Shown here in pieces: positions 1 to 8,702 of a stretch of 64,000 nt of DNA. The notes below the pieces were generated by a model, which saw only the letters and a list, made by a program, of their open reading frames with translations, did no database searches and had not been told where the DNA came from. The stretch is from NCBI GenBank assembly GCA_041661275.1, contig JBAZUU010000001.1:165057-229056 (forward strand), given 5' to 3'. Position numbers and translations under genes: made by a program. This stretch comes from Parcubacteria group bacterium (lineage in GTDB: Bacteria; Patescibacteriota; Minisyncoccia; Moranbacterales; UBA2206). How positions within the stretch are numbered: the stretch's first letter is position 1; the number at the start of each line of letters is the position of its first letter.

Positions 1-400
1 TTATCTCGGTCATTTCGATAATCTTGTCGATGTTTCCATAAATAGTCTTCTCTCCCCAATAAATATACATGAGAGACTTGTCTGAAAAAATTGGAATAGC
101 CATATCGCACTCGCTGGCACCCATGCCGGCAATCCACTCCCATTTTGTTTTTCCAATCTTTATTTGCTTTCGCCCGGAAATAATGGCAATCCTGTACTCG
201 TAGTCTAATCTTACTTCGTCTGCTGTTATTTCAAGCCATAGTATTCTAGTGTCTGTGCCCATACCAAACGCAATGCGCATAGACTGCCCCCCATCAATAG
301 GAGAATCAGGCGAGTTTTTAGTGAAAATATCAGTGAAAGTATCACACCCCGTGTTGATCAAAAGCACAAAACAAACAATAATTTTTAGAAAATATCTCAT
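1..400 (-). CDS. hypothetical lipoprotein, 3' end runs off the window edge
   Basis: The minus-strand ATG at 398-400 translates to MRYFLKIIVCFVLLINTGC..., a signal peptide with a lipobox-like Cys. The frame stays open to position 1 and is absent from the ORF track only because it is partial. Confidence 0.45.
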   Translation of the reverse strand, partial: MRYFLKIIVCFVLLINTGCDTFTDIFTKNSPDSPIDGGQSMRIAFGMGTDTRILWLEITADEVRLDYEYRIAIISGRKQIKIGKTKWEWIAGMGASECDMAIPIFSDKSLMYIYWGEKTIYGNIDKIIEMTEI

Positions 401-581
401 TTCTCTCTCCTTCGCAGGTTATATATTTTCAAACAACTCTCACCATCAGTCATAACAAGGAATAATAGCAACTTTAAATTATTTTGTCAACTATTTCGAC
501 ATAATATCAATAATAATGGCTATTTTAAGCTATTTATTGATTATTAATGTTTTTTTCATTCCTAATGTTAGCCAAAAGTCC

Positions 582-634
582 TTGACTTTTTAGTTTTATG
601 GGCGTATAATATAAATGTAGTCGAAAATATCGAC
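582..634 (+). promoter_or_regulatory. sigma70-type promoter (TTGACT-17-TATAAT) plus palindromic operator candidate upstream of trmB-like gene
   Basis: TTGACT at 582-587 and TATAAT at 605-610 with a 17-nt spacer. GTCGAAAATATCGAC (620-634) is a palindrome-armed 15-mer between the -10 box and the ATG at 647. A related site GTCAACTATTTCGAC lies at 486-500. Confidence 0.5.
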
Positions 635-646
635 ATTTATACAATT

Positions 647-1372
647 ATGCTCATTTCTACTCTCAAACAAATAGGTCTCACTGAAAACCAGGCTAAAATA
701 TATCTGGCTTGTTTGGAATTGGGCGAATCCTCTGTAAAAGACATCGCTCAAAAAGCAGGGATTAAGAGAACTACTATATATGATTTTATCGACGAGATGT
801 TAAATAGCGGAATTTTAGAGCAAACCGTCCGCAGCAAAAAGAAAAGATATATCGCCACTCCGCCGGAAGAACTGAAATTACTTATCAGAAAAAGAGAAGC
901 CCTGCTTAACCAGATACTTCCGCAATTATCTTCTCTGGATAAATCAAGCCAAGGCAAACCAAGAATCCAATTTTACAGTGGCGCGGATGGTCTGAAAAAG
1001 GTTTACGAAGATTTATTAAATTACAAAAATATTATTGTTTATGGCTGGGCGTCGGAAGATATTCCTGAATTATTTGGGAAAGAATGGACTTTTAACTATG
1101 TGCATATGCGCGTAAAAAGAAATATTGAGGAATGGATCATTTATCCCCGAAGTAAAACAGGCGAGGAATATAAAAAACACGATGAGGAACATAAAAGAAA
1201 ATCGAAAGTAGTCGATCCAAAAAAATATAGGTTGGAAATTGAGATTAATATATATAAAAACAAAATTGCTATGACGTCAGCCAAGGATGAGGTCGGCATC
1301 ATCATCGAATCCACACCGATCGCCAACACTTGGAAAAAAATATTTGAAATGTGTTGGGATAGTTTGAAATAA
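647..1372 (+). CDS. TrmB-family HTH transcriptional regulator
   Basis: N-terminal winged-HTH motif LTENQAKIYLACLELGESSVKDIAQKAGIKRTTIYDFIDEMLNSGIL is typical of PF01978 TrmB. It is a paralog of the 10818..11558 gene. Confidence 0.7.
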   Translation: MLISTLKQIGLTENQAKIYLACLELGESSVKDIAQKAGIKRTTIYDFIDEMLNSGILEQTVRSKKKRYIATPPEELKLLIRKREALLNQILPQLSSLDKSSQGKPRIQFYSGADGLKKVYEDLLNYKNIIVYGWASEDIPELFGKEWTFNYVHMRVKRNIEEWIIYPRSKTGEEYKKHDEEHKRKSKVVDPKKYRLEIEINIYKNKIAMTSAKDEVGIIIESTPIANTWKKIFEMCWDSLK

Positions 1373-1458
1373 TCATTTGACTTTTCCATTGAATTTGACT
1401 GTTTAAAATGTTAAACTTCAGATAGAAAACAGCAGATAATCTACATGTATTATTAAGA

Positions 1459-1512
1459 ACCCTCTCCTGTCCCGCCAAGGCGGGACATCCTCTCCCAAAG
1501 GGAGAGGAGGAA
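1459..1512. repeat. 54-bp multi-hairpin palindromic element, family 2, intergenic copy
   Basis: ccctctcct / gtcccgcc-aa-ggcgggac / cctctccc-aaa-gggagagg. Its reverse complement is near-identical to 8929-8979. Confidence 0.7.
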
Positions 1513-1531
1513 GAGAAAAAGTACTAAATTT

Positions 1532-2065
1532 ATGTCAGGCCACTCACATTTTGCCGGAATAAAACACCGGAAAGGGATAAACGACTCCAAGCGCGCCAGG
1601 ATTTTTACGAAGTTAGCCAAGCCAATTACGATTGCCGCGCAGGAAGGTGGCGGAAATCCTGCTACGAACTTTAAATTAAGGATGGCCATTGATAAGGCGC
1701 GCGAGTTCAATATGCCCAAAGATAATATTGATCGGGCGATAAAAAGAGGAACAGGAGAATTAAAAGGAGAACAAATCCAGGAAATCATTTATGAAGTATA
1801 TGGTCCGGGCGGAATAATGATAATAATAAAAACCCTGACGGATAACAAAAACCGGACGGTTAGCGAGATAAAGACAATTCTCAATAAATTCGGTGGAAAA
1901 TTAGGCGGGTCAGGCAGCGTAATGTGGAATTTTCGGTTGGAAAACATGGAATACAAGCCGCAAAATACCATGGAAGTTGACGAAAATATAAAATCCCAAT
2001 ATGAAAAATTGTTGGAAGCTTTGGATGAACAAGACGATGTAGACGAGATTTATGACAATTTATAA
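1532..2065 (+). CDS. yebC: YebC/PmpR-family protein, shortened to 177 aa
   Basis: MSGHSHFAGIKHRKG...RTV...GGKLG matches the YebC/TACO1 N-terminal and central domains. About 65 aa of the usual third domain are missing. Conserved yebC-ruvC synteny. Confidence 0.8.
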   Translation: MSGHSHFAGIKHRKGINDSKRARIFTKLAKPITIAAQEGGGNPATNFKLRMAIDKAREFNMPKDNIDRAIKRGTGELKGEQIQEIIYEVYGPGGIMIIIKTLTDNKNRTVSEIKTILNKFGGKLGGSGSVMWNFRLENMEYKPQNTMEVDENIKSQYEKLLEALDEQDDVDEIYDNL

Positions 2066-2103
2066 ATTTTATAATCATTATTTTCTAAAATACACCCCCG
2101 CAA

Positions 2104-2258
2104 CTCGTCATCTCGAGCGAATTCGACCAAAGAGAGAATGAGTCGAGAGATCTGCCCGAAGTTACCATTAGTTTTGTTTAAATAGTAAAGCCACAAGTAA
2201 CATTAAGTAGATTCCTCGACTCGCACTTCATTTCATTCGTGCTCGCTCGGAATGACGG
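2104..2258. repeat. MITE-like palindromic element, family 1 copy A
   Basis: Terminal inverted repeats cgtcatctcgagcg ... cgctcggaatgacgg. Inner inverted repeat agtcgagagatct ... agattcctcgact. Lies between yebC and ruvC. Confidence 0.7.
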
Positions 2259-2274
2259 GTTAGGAAGAATGTTT

Positions 2275-2775
2275 ATGAAGAAAAACTTACGCTTTCTGGG
2301 AATAGATCCTGGCACCGCTACGACCGGTTGGGCCGTATTAGAATCAAAGGACGGCATTTGCACGCCCGTGGCCTATGGCGCCATTCTTACTTCCAAAGAC
2401 AAATCTGATGAAGAAAGACTTTTCGAGATATCACAAGATCTTGAAAAAATAATCAAAAAATATAAACCGGTAGAAGCGGCGGTGGAAAACCTTTTCTTTT
2501 TCAAAAACCAGAAAACTATCATTACTGTTGCCCAAGCCAGAGGCGCGATTCTCTTGACGCTACGGAAAAATCGTGTTAGGATATTTGGTTACACGCCGCT
2601 TCAAGTGAAGCAAGCGCTGACCAGCTATGGTCGCGCTGAAAAAAAACAGGTGCAGCTCATGGCTAAGGAAATTTTGAAGCTAAAATCACTTCCAAAACCG
2701 GATGATACGGCCGATGCCATGGCAGTGTGCATTTGTCATATTAATAGTAGAAAAATACTGGATTTGTCTAAATAA
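2275..2775 (+). CDS. ruvC: Holliday junction resolvase RuvC
   Basis: MKKNLRFLGIDPGTATTGWAVLE... matches the RuvC catalytic N-terminus. The ORF-track start at 2239 is a GTG inside repeat A; the ATG at 2275 follows GGAAGA. Confidence 0.85.
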   Translation: MKKNLRFLGIDPGTATTGWAVLESKDGICTPVAYGAILTSKDKSDEERLFEISQDLEKIIKKYKPVEAAVENLFFFKNQKTIITVAQARGAILLTLRKNRVRIFGYTPLQVKQALTSYGRAEKKQVQLMAKEILKLKSLPKPDDTADAMAVCICHINSRKILDLSK

Positions 2776-2789
2776 AATTGGTAATAATA

Positions 2790-2927
2790 ATTAATCTAGA
2801 GAATTTTATAATAATCTGTAATTTTAAATTTTTAATTTGAAATTTTTATTAAATTTTTAATTCTAAAATTTAGAAATTTAAAATTGATTAAAAATTAAAA
2901 ATTATAAATTAAAAATTTCTTAATATT
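2790..2927. repeat. AT-rich tract built from AAATTTTTAATT / AATTAAAAATT motifs
   Basis: Reiterated 11-12-mers and their reverse complements lie directly upstream of the ATG at 2928. Similar tracts are at 45848-45941 and 46314-46359. Confidence 0.5.
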
Positions 2928-3602
2928 ATGTATTATATCAATGAAATCGGCACTTATGCCAGTCCTATCGTCGGGTTCTTCTTGGCCGACGGCGTGCCCT
3001 ATGAAACTATCAAGCTAATATTATTCCTGCCGGTGATCGCCACGGTCATCGCCTTTTTGCGACAAGTAGTAGGCATCAAGGCCTTTGGTATTTATACCCC
3101 ACTTCTAATTACTTTTGCCTTCCTAGCGACCAATGGACTCAAATATGGCATCGCTATTTTTGTTTCTGTCATTATTATTGGGATGCTCATGCGCTTCATT
3201 TTGAAGCCTTTTCGCCTGCTCTATCTCCCGCGTGTGGCCATTATGCTCACGGTAGTGGCTGTTTTAATTTTGGGCATACTCACTTTTGGCGGCAACATGA
3301 AAAGAACGGGGCTGGCTTCTGTTTCTATTTTCCCTATTCTTATCATGATAACTCTCGTTGAAAAATTCATCACAGTGCAAATCGAAAAAGGAAACAAGGA
3401 AGCACTATATCTCGCCGCGGAAACATTGATCATTTCTGTGGCTGGATTCTACGCTGCCAACCTGACATTCCTCATAAAAATAATTATCACGGCTCCCTGG
3501 GTCATCCTCCTGACCATTCCCATAAACATACTTCTGGGCAAATGGACGGGCTTGCGTATAAGTGAATATTGGAGGTTCAAAGAAATTATAAAAAAAATGT
3601 AA
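2928..3602 (+). CDS. 7-transmembrane protein of the ATP-grasp/retropepsin-associated type
   Basis: 224 aa with about seven hydrophobic helices. Sits directly upstream of, and 4 bp from, the ATP-grasp gene. Confidence 0.45.
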   Translation: MYYINEIGTYASPIVGFFLADGVPYETIKLILFLPVIATVIAFLRQVVGIKAFGIYTPLLITFAFLATNGLKYGIAIFVSVIIIGMLMRFILKPFRLLYLPRVAIMLTVVAVLILGILTFGGNMKRTGLASVSIFPILIMITLVEKFITVQIEKGNKEALYLAAETLIISVAGFYAANLTFLIKIIITAPWVILLTIPINILLGKWTGLRISEYWRFKEIIKKM

Positions 3603-3605
3603 CTA

Positions 3606-5006
3606 ATGTTTGATTTTATAAGAAAAAGTAAAAAAATCCTTGGCATGAATTCCAGAAATCTGGAGTATATTCGGCCGTTCAATTTGAAAAAAAGTCGCCG
3701 GCTAGCCGATGATAAGCTTCTTTCCAAAAGAGTATTAAAGAAAAATGACCTGCCTGTTCCCGCTCTTATCACTAAGATAAAAAACGTTGAAGAACTAGAA
3801 AGTTTTGATTGGCAGACGCTTCCCGGCAGTTTTGCCTTGAAACCTAATCGCGGTTTTGGCGGTGAAGGAATTATCGTAGTTTATGGGAAGAAGAAAAATA
3901 GGGACGACGCCTGGATAAAAGCGGACAGCAGCATAATTACCATTTCTGATCTAAAAACTCACATTAGGAATATCCTAGACGGATCATTTTCACTGGCTGG
4001 AACACCCGATATCGCTTTTTTTGAAGAACGATTGAAGCTCCTAAAATTATTCAAACCTTATGCCTACAAAGGAATCCCCGATATCCGTCTTATCATTTTT
4101 AATAAAGTTCCCGTCATGGCTATGCTCCGCGTCCCAACCAAGGAATCTCACGGAAAAGCCAACCTCCAGCAAGGTGCTATCGGCGTTGGAATAGACCTAG
4201 CTTCCGGCATAACCACTACGGCTGTCCAGGGGAAAAATAAAATTATTGACTATGTCCCGGGAACACGCATGCTTTTATCCGGGATAAAAATTCCCTATTG
4301 GAAAGATATTCTTGACCTGGCTGTCCGCGCCCAAGAAATTTCCGGTCTTGGTTTTTTGGGTTCTGATATTGCGATTGATAAAGAGCGCGGACCAGTAATC
4401 GTAGAGCTTAATGCCCGACCCGGACTTTCTATTCAAATTGCCAACCTCACCGGCCTTAAGGATAGATTGGAAAGAGTAAGAGATATGAAAATAAAGACAG
4501 CTAAACGCGGAATAACGCTCGGCATGAATCTTTTTGGAGGAGAGGTGGAAGAAGAAGTGGAAGAGATTTCTGGACGCAAAGTTATCGGAATAGCCCAGAC
4601 CGTAAAACTTATCGGCAAAAAAGGAAAAGAACTTGAAATTGAAGCTAAGATAGATACTGGAGCAGGCTACTCCTCTATCGACACAGAACTGGCCAAGGAG
4701 TTAGGTTTTGCCGGCGCCCTCGAAGAGTTTGAAAAAATAATGCAAGATGACGATCAGATAAGACACTTGGGGAAAAGTGAGCGTGAAGAAATATTCAGAG
4801 CCATCCCCGATTTAGCTGATACAATAATAGTAAATTCCTCCCACGGGACCAGCTACAGACCGATGATCCGACTATCTATGATCTTAGGCGGAGTGGAAAT
4901 TTTTACTAAAGTTTCCGTGATTGACCGCTCTATCCTTAAAAAGCCCGTCATTATTGGGCGAAAGAATTTGGGTAAATTTTTAATTGACGTAAATAAACTT
5001 CAATGA
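3606..5006 (+). CDS. RimK-like ATP-grasp peptide ligase fused to a C-terminal retropepsin-like domain (RimB/PF05618-like, AKIDTGA motif)
   Basis: N-terminal 300 aa have an ATP-grasp fold (FALKPNRGFGGEGI, LRLIIF, VELNARPG). The C-terminus carries EAKIDTGAGYSSID, the clan-AA aspartyl protease signature. Confidence 0.65.
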   Translation: MFDFIRKSKKILGMNSRNLEYIRPFNLKKSRRLADDKLLSKRVLKKNDLPVPALITKIKNVEELESFDWQTLPGSFALKPNRGFGGEGIIVVYGKKKNRDDAWIKADSSIITISDLKTHIRNILDGSFSLAGTPDIAFFEERLKLLKLFKPYAYKGIPDIRLIIFNKVPVMAMLRVPTKESHGKANLQQGAIGVGIDLASGITTTAVQGKNKIIDYVPGTRMLLSGIKIPYWKDILDLAVRAQEISGLGFLGSDIAIDKERGPVIVELNARPGLSIQIANLTGLKDRLERVRDMKIKTAKRGITLGMNLFGGEVEEEVEEISGRKVIGIAQTVKLIGKKGKELEIEAKIDTGAGYSSIDTELAKELGFAGALEEFEKIMQDDDQIRHLGKSEREEIFRAIPDLADTIIVNSSHGTSYRPMIRLSMILGGVEIFTKVSVIDRSILKKPVIIGRKNLGKFLIDVNKLQ

Positions 5007-5959
5007 AAAAAGTAATGATCTTGTTCGGCAAAAGTGACTGGAAAAGCGCTAAGCCGTTTAGTAATAAAGATTACCAATATTCCTACGAATTTTTCTATAC
5101 CCTCTGTAAAAAGAATGGCATACAGATGTACCGAGCCTCTTATGAATGGTATGACTATGAAAAAGCTGTTTTTAAACATGCTTGGATATATGAAGGAGAG
5201 GGAGCCAAATGGAAAAAGGTTGGCAACATCAAGCCCGATCTTATCTACGACAAAACTAAAGCCAGAATGGAAACATATTATAAAAAGGAACTTATCGGTG
5301 AATATTACCCATTCATCAACGACCAGATTTTTACCCGGCTGATTGACGACAAACTGACTACCAGTTTGATATTTGAAAAATGGTCTAAAAAAAGCTGGAT
5401 AATAAATTCCAAAGAAGATCTGAAAATTATTTTGCCCAAAATTAAATCGAGCAAAATCGTATTAAAGCCGCTGTGCGAAAGTGGCGGAAAGGACGTGGAG
5501 ATACTGAGTAAAAAAGAAGCTCTCGAAAAATCATCCATTAAAAAAAATTTCATAGTCCAGGAATTCATAGATTCATCCAGTGGTGTTCCTAGAGTAAGTC
5601 GTGGCATGCACGACTTGAGGTTGGTATTTGTAAATGACAAAATAATTTACGCCTATATCCGCGAACCAAAGAAAGGGAGTTACCTGGCCAATCTGGCGCA
5701 GGGAGGAAAGCTCATTATCGTACCAAACAAAAAAATACCTAAATCCGTGAATCCCATTATCAAGCAGGCTAATGAGGCATTTATCACCTTTGATCCGCGA
5801 GTATATTCCCTGGATCTTATGTTTGACCGGTTCGGCCGCCCCTGGATAGTGGAACTCAACTCAATGCCCGGACTATTTTTTACTCCCGAAGAAAAATCAT
5901 CAATGTTGCAGATGTACGCGGAACTTCTAAAAGTTTTCAAGAAAAAACTTGGGATCTAG
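5003..5959 (+). CDS. second ATP-grasp family ligase
   Basis: KIVLKPLCESGGKDVEIL ... IVELNSMPGL matches ATP-grasp motifs. Overlaps the previous gene by 4 bp. Confidence 0.6.
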   Translation: MKKVMILFGKSDWKSAKPFSNKDYQYSYEFFYTLCKKNGIQMYRASYEWYDYEKAVFKHAWIYEGEGAKWKKVGNIKPDLIYDKTKARMETYYKKELIGEYYPFINDQIFTRLIDDKLTTSLIFEKWSKKSWIINSKEDLKIILPKIKSSKIVLKPLCESGGKDVEILSKKEALEKSSIKKNFIVQEFIDSSSGVPRVSRGMHDLRLVFVNDKIIYAYIREPKKGSYLANLAQGGKLIIVPNKKIPKSVNPIIKQANEAFITFDPRVYSLDLMFDRFGRPWIVELNSMPGLFFTPEEKSSMLQMYAELLKVFKKKLGI

Positions 5960-6011
5960 TCACTTTTGTAGTAAAATTGTATCTGAACTTTAAAATTAAC
6001 GTAATTATCCT

Positions 6012-8558
6012 ATGGCTTACGTTTATTCGCCCAAAAAATCTACTCCTGATTATGCGCGGAAGAAGGTTAATTGGAAAAAGGCTTGGAAATATTTAGGTTA
6101 TCTGTGTATCGCCGGTTTTTTTGTTGTTGCCGGCGTTTTTTTGTTTTTCTATAAAGATCTCCCCAGTCCCGGAAAGCTAAACGACCGTTTTGTGGCCGAG
6201 TCGACCAAAATTTATGACCGCACGGGGACGCATCTTCTCTATGACGTTCACGGCGAAGAAAAAAGGACGCAGATCCCCTATTCGGAAATGCCAGACACCA
6301 TCCGCTACGCCACCATCTCTCTTGAAGATCAGGGATTTTATACTCATGGCGGCGTTGACCTCAAAGGTATCGCTCGCGCGGCCTTGAAAGACGTTTTGCA
6401 CCTGGGAGCAGCGCAAGGAGGATCGACTATTACCCAACAACTCATCAAGCAATCAATGTTGAGCTCGGAGCGAACGATAACCAGAAAAATAAAGGAGGTT
6501 ATATTGGCAATTGAGCTGGAACAAAAATTTTCCAAAGATGAAATTCTGGCTATGTATCTCAATCAGATCCCTTATGGTTCCAATTCCTATGGCATTGAAG
6601 CTGCCGCTCAAACTTTTTTTGGCAAACACGCCAAAGACTTGAATCTAGCCGAATCAGCCCTCCTTGCTTCACTTCCTAACGCGCCTACATATTATTCCCC
6701 CTATGGTTCTCATCCGGAAGCCCTGAAAGCTCGCCAGGAATTAGCTCTCAATCACATGGCCGAATCAGGATATATCACCAAAGAACAAGCTGATGAAGCA
6801 AAAAACGTGGACATTATGTCTGAGTTGCAGCCCAATCGAGAAAACATCAGCGCTCCACATTTTGTGATGTATATCAAAGAATATTTAGAAAAAAAATACG
6901 GGCAAGACACGGTGGAACAAGGTGGACTGAAAGTCTATACCACTCTTGATTGGGACAAACAAATGGCCGCAGAGCAGGCAGTGAAAGATGGGGCGGAAAG
7001 AAACAAAAAATACAAAGCGGAAAATGCTTCTCTTGTTGCTATGGATCCAAAGACCGGGCAAATTCTGGCCATGGTCGGATCAAAAGATTATTTTGATACA
7101 ACAATTGACGGACAAGTGAATGTGGCTATCCGTGACCGACAACCTGGCTCGTCTTTCAAACCATTTGTCTATCTGACTGCTTTTCAAAAAGGCTTCACTC
7201 CGGAAACTATGATCTGGGACGTGGACACTAATTTCAGCACTGATTCCGGAAAAGATTATAATCCAAAAAATTATGACGGAAAAAATAGAGGACCGCTTGA
7301 GATGAAAGATGCTCTCGCCATGTCCCTTAACGTGCCGGCGGTAGAAACACTATATCTCGCCGGCGTCAAAAATTCAGTGGATACTGCCCATAAAATGGGC
7401 ATCACCACTCTCAATCAACCTGATCGTTATGGATTATCTTTGGTCTTGGGCGGAGGAGAAGTAAAACTGCTTGATCATGTTAATGCCTATGCCACACTGG
7501 CAACCGGCGGGGTTCACCACGACAAAGTATCTATTCTGAAAATAGAAGACGGTAAGGGAAGCATATTGGAACAATATAAACCCAATGATGGCAATCGAGT
7601 GATCGATGAAAAATATGTTTCCATGCTCGATTATATTATGTCTACCAATTCCTTGCGCGCTCCGGTTTTTGGAGAAAATAATCCTCTGAAGTTTGACTCC
7701 CGCCCGGTAGCCGCCAAAACTGGAACGACTAACGAATGGCGCGATGGTTGGACGATGGGCTACACGCCATCTTTAGCCGTTGGCGTTTGGGCAGGTAATA
7801 ATAATAATTCCGTTATGGCGCAAGGCGCAGATGGAGTTTATGTTGCCGCGCCAATTTTCCGAGCCTTTATGGATACTGTGCTCAAAAATTATTCCGTAGA
7901 AAAATTCCCGGAATACAAACAAGAAGACACTGGTAAAGATATTTTGGATGGCAAATTTTCTTCCGGAAAAGATGAAATAGAGGTTTGTGAGATCAAAAAA
8001 GATGAATATTGTTTGGCCAACGACACTTGCCCGGATGGCACAAAAGATAAAAAGAAATTTGCCCAAACACATAGCATTCTCTACTACGTCAATAAAGATG
8101 ATCCACGCGGAGACGCACCAAAAGATCCCCAAAAAGATCCGCAATTTGCCAATTGGGAAAAAGCAGTCAAGTCTTATGTCAAAGATCACAAGAAAGATTT
8201 TGGCGGCGATGAAGCGCCGACTGATCAGTGCAAAGCAAGTGATTTTGGAGACTCCGGTTCGTCAGATAGCAGCAGTGTAAAAATCAAAACTACCGTTTCT
8301 ACTCCAAAAGATGGCGACACCATCACTTCTTCACCATTTACCATTTCAGCTCAAGCTGTTTCCGGACACGCCATAACTTACATAACAATTAACATCGATG
8401 GCACAGACGTGTCGGTGGCCAATTCTGATTCAATTTCATATTCCTATACAGTTCCGGATGACAAAAAAAATGCCACACTCAATATCAAAGTAACGGCAGT
8501 TGATAAAAATGATAAGACTGATTCCGATAAGTTAACAGTGAAAATGAATATTCCTTAA
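6012..8558 (+). CDS. class A penicillin-binding protein (PBP1A: GT51 transglycosylase + transpeptidase) with a C-terminal Ig-like extension
   Basis: GT51 motifs EDQGFYTHGGVD and QGGSTITQQL. Transpeptidase SxxK (SSFKP), SxN-region and KTGT motifs. The C-terminal 180 aa are Thr/Ser/Asp-rich and beta-rich. Confidence 0.9.
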   Translation: MAYVYSPKKSTPDYARKKVNWKKAWKYLGYLCIAGFFVVAGVFLFFYKDLPSPGKLNDRFVAESTKIYDRTGTHLLYDVHGEEKRTQIPYSEMPDTIRYATISLEDQGFYTHGGVDLKGIARAALKDVLHLGAAQGGSTITQQLIKQSMLSSERTITRKIKEVILAIELEQKFSKDEILAMYLNQIPYGSNSYGIEAAAQTFFGKHAKDLNLAESALLASLPNAPTYYSPYGSHPEALKARQELALNHMAESGYITKEQADEAKNVDIMSELQPNRENISAPHFVMYIKEYLEKKYGQDTVEQGGLKVYTTLDWDKQMAAEQAVKDGAERNKKYKAENASLVAMDPKTGQILAMVGSKDYFDTTIDGQVNVAIRDRQPGSSFKPFVYLTAFQKGFTPETMIWDVDTNFSTDSGKDYNPKNYDGKNRGPLEMKDALAMSLNVPAVETLYLAGVKNSVDTAHKMGITTLNQPDRYGLSLVLGGGEVKLLDHVNAYATLATGGVHHDKVSILKIEDGKGSILEQYKPNDGNRVIDEKYVSMLDYIMSTNSLRAPVFGENNPLKFDSRPVAAKTGTTNEWRDGWTMGYTPSLAVGVWAGNNNNSVMAQGADGVYVAAPIFRAFMDTVLKNYSVEKFPEYKQEDTGKDILDGKFSSGKDEIEVCEIKKDEYCLANDTCPDGTKDKKKFAQTHSILYYVNKDDPRGDAPKDPQKDPQFANWEKAVKSYVKDHKKDFGGDEAPTDQCKASDFGDSGSSDSSSVKIKTTVSTPKDGDTITSSPFTISAQAVSGHAITYITINIDGTDVSVANSDSISYSYTVPDDKKNATLNIKVTAVDKNDKTDSDKLTVKMNIP

Positions 8559-8564
8559 TAAAAC

Positions 8565-8702
8565 CGTCATCCCGAGTGAAGGCTCAATTCTTATTGAGCC
8601 TGAGTCGAGGGATCTACTAATTGCTATTGCAAGTGCTAATATTTAGTAGATTCTTCGACTTCATTCCCCCGTCAAGACGGGGTCATTCCGCTCAGAATGA
8701 CG
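8565..8702. repeat. MITE-like palindromic element, family 1 copy B
   Basis: ccgtcatcccgagtg ... cgctcagaatgacg. Inner gagtcgagggatct ... agattcttcgact. Begins 7 bp after the PBP1A stop and supplies the first in-frame ATG (8697) of the uppP ORF. Confidence 0.75.

Noticed and set aside
249-455. 68-aa plus-strand ORF in the ORF track.
   Set aside because: It is antisense to the better-supported minus-strand lipoprotein gene (<1..400) and has no start context.
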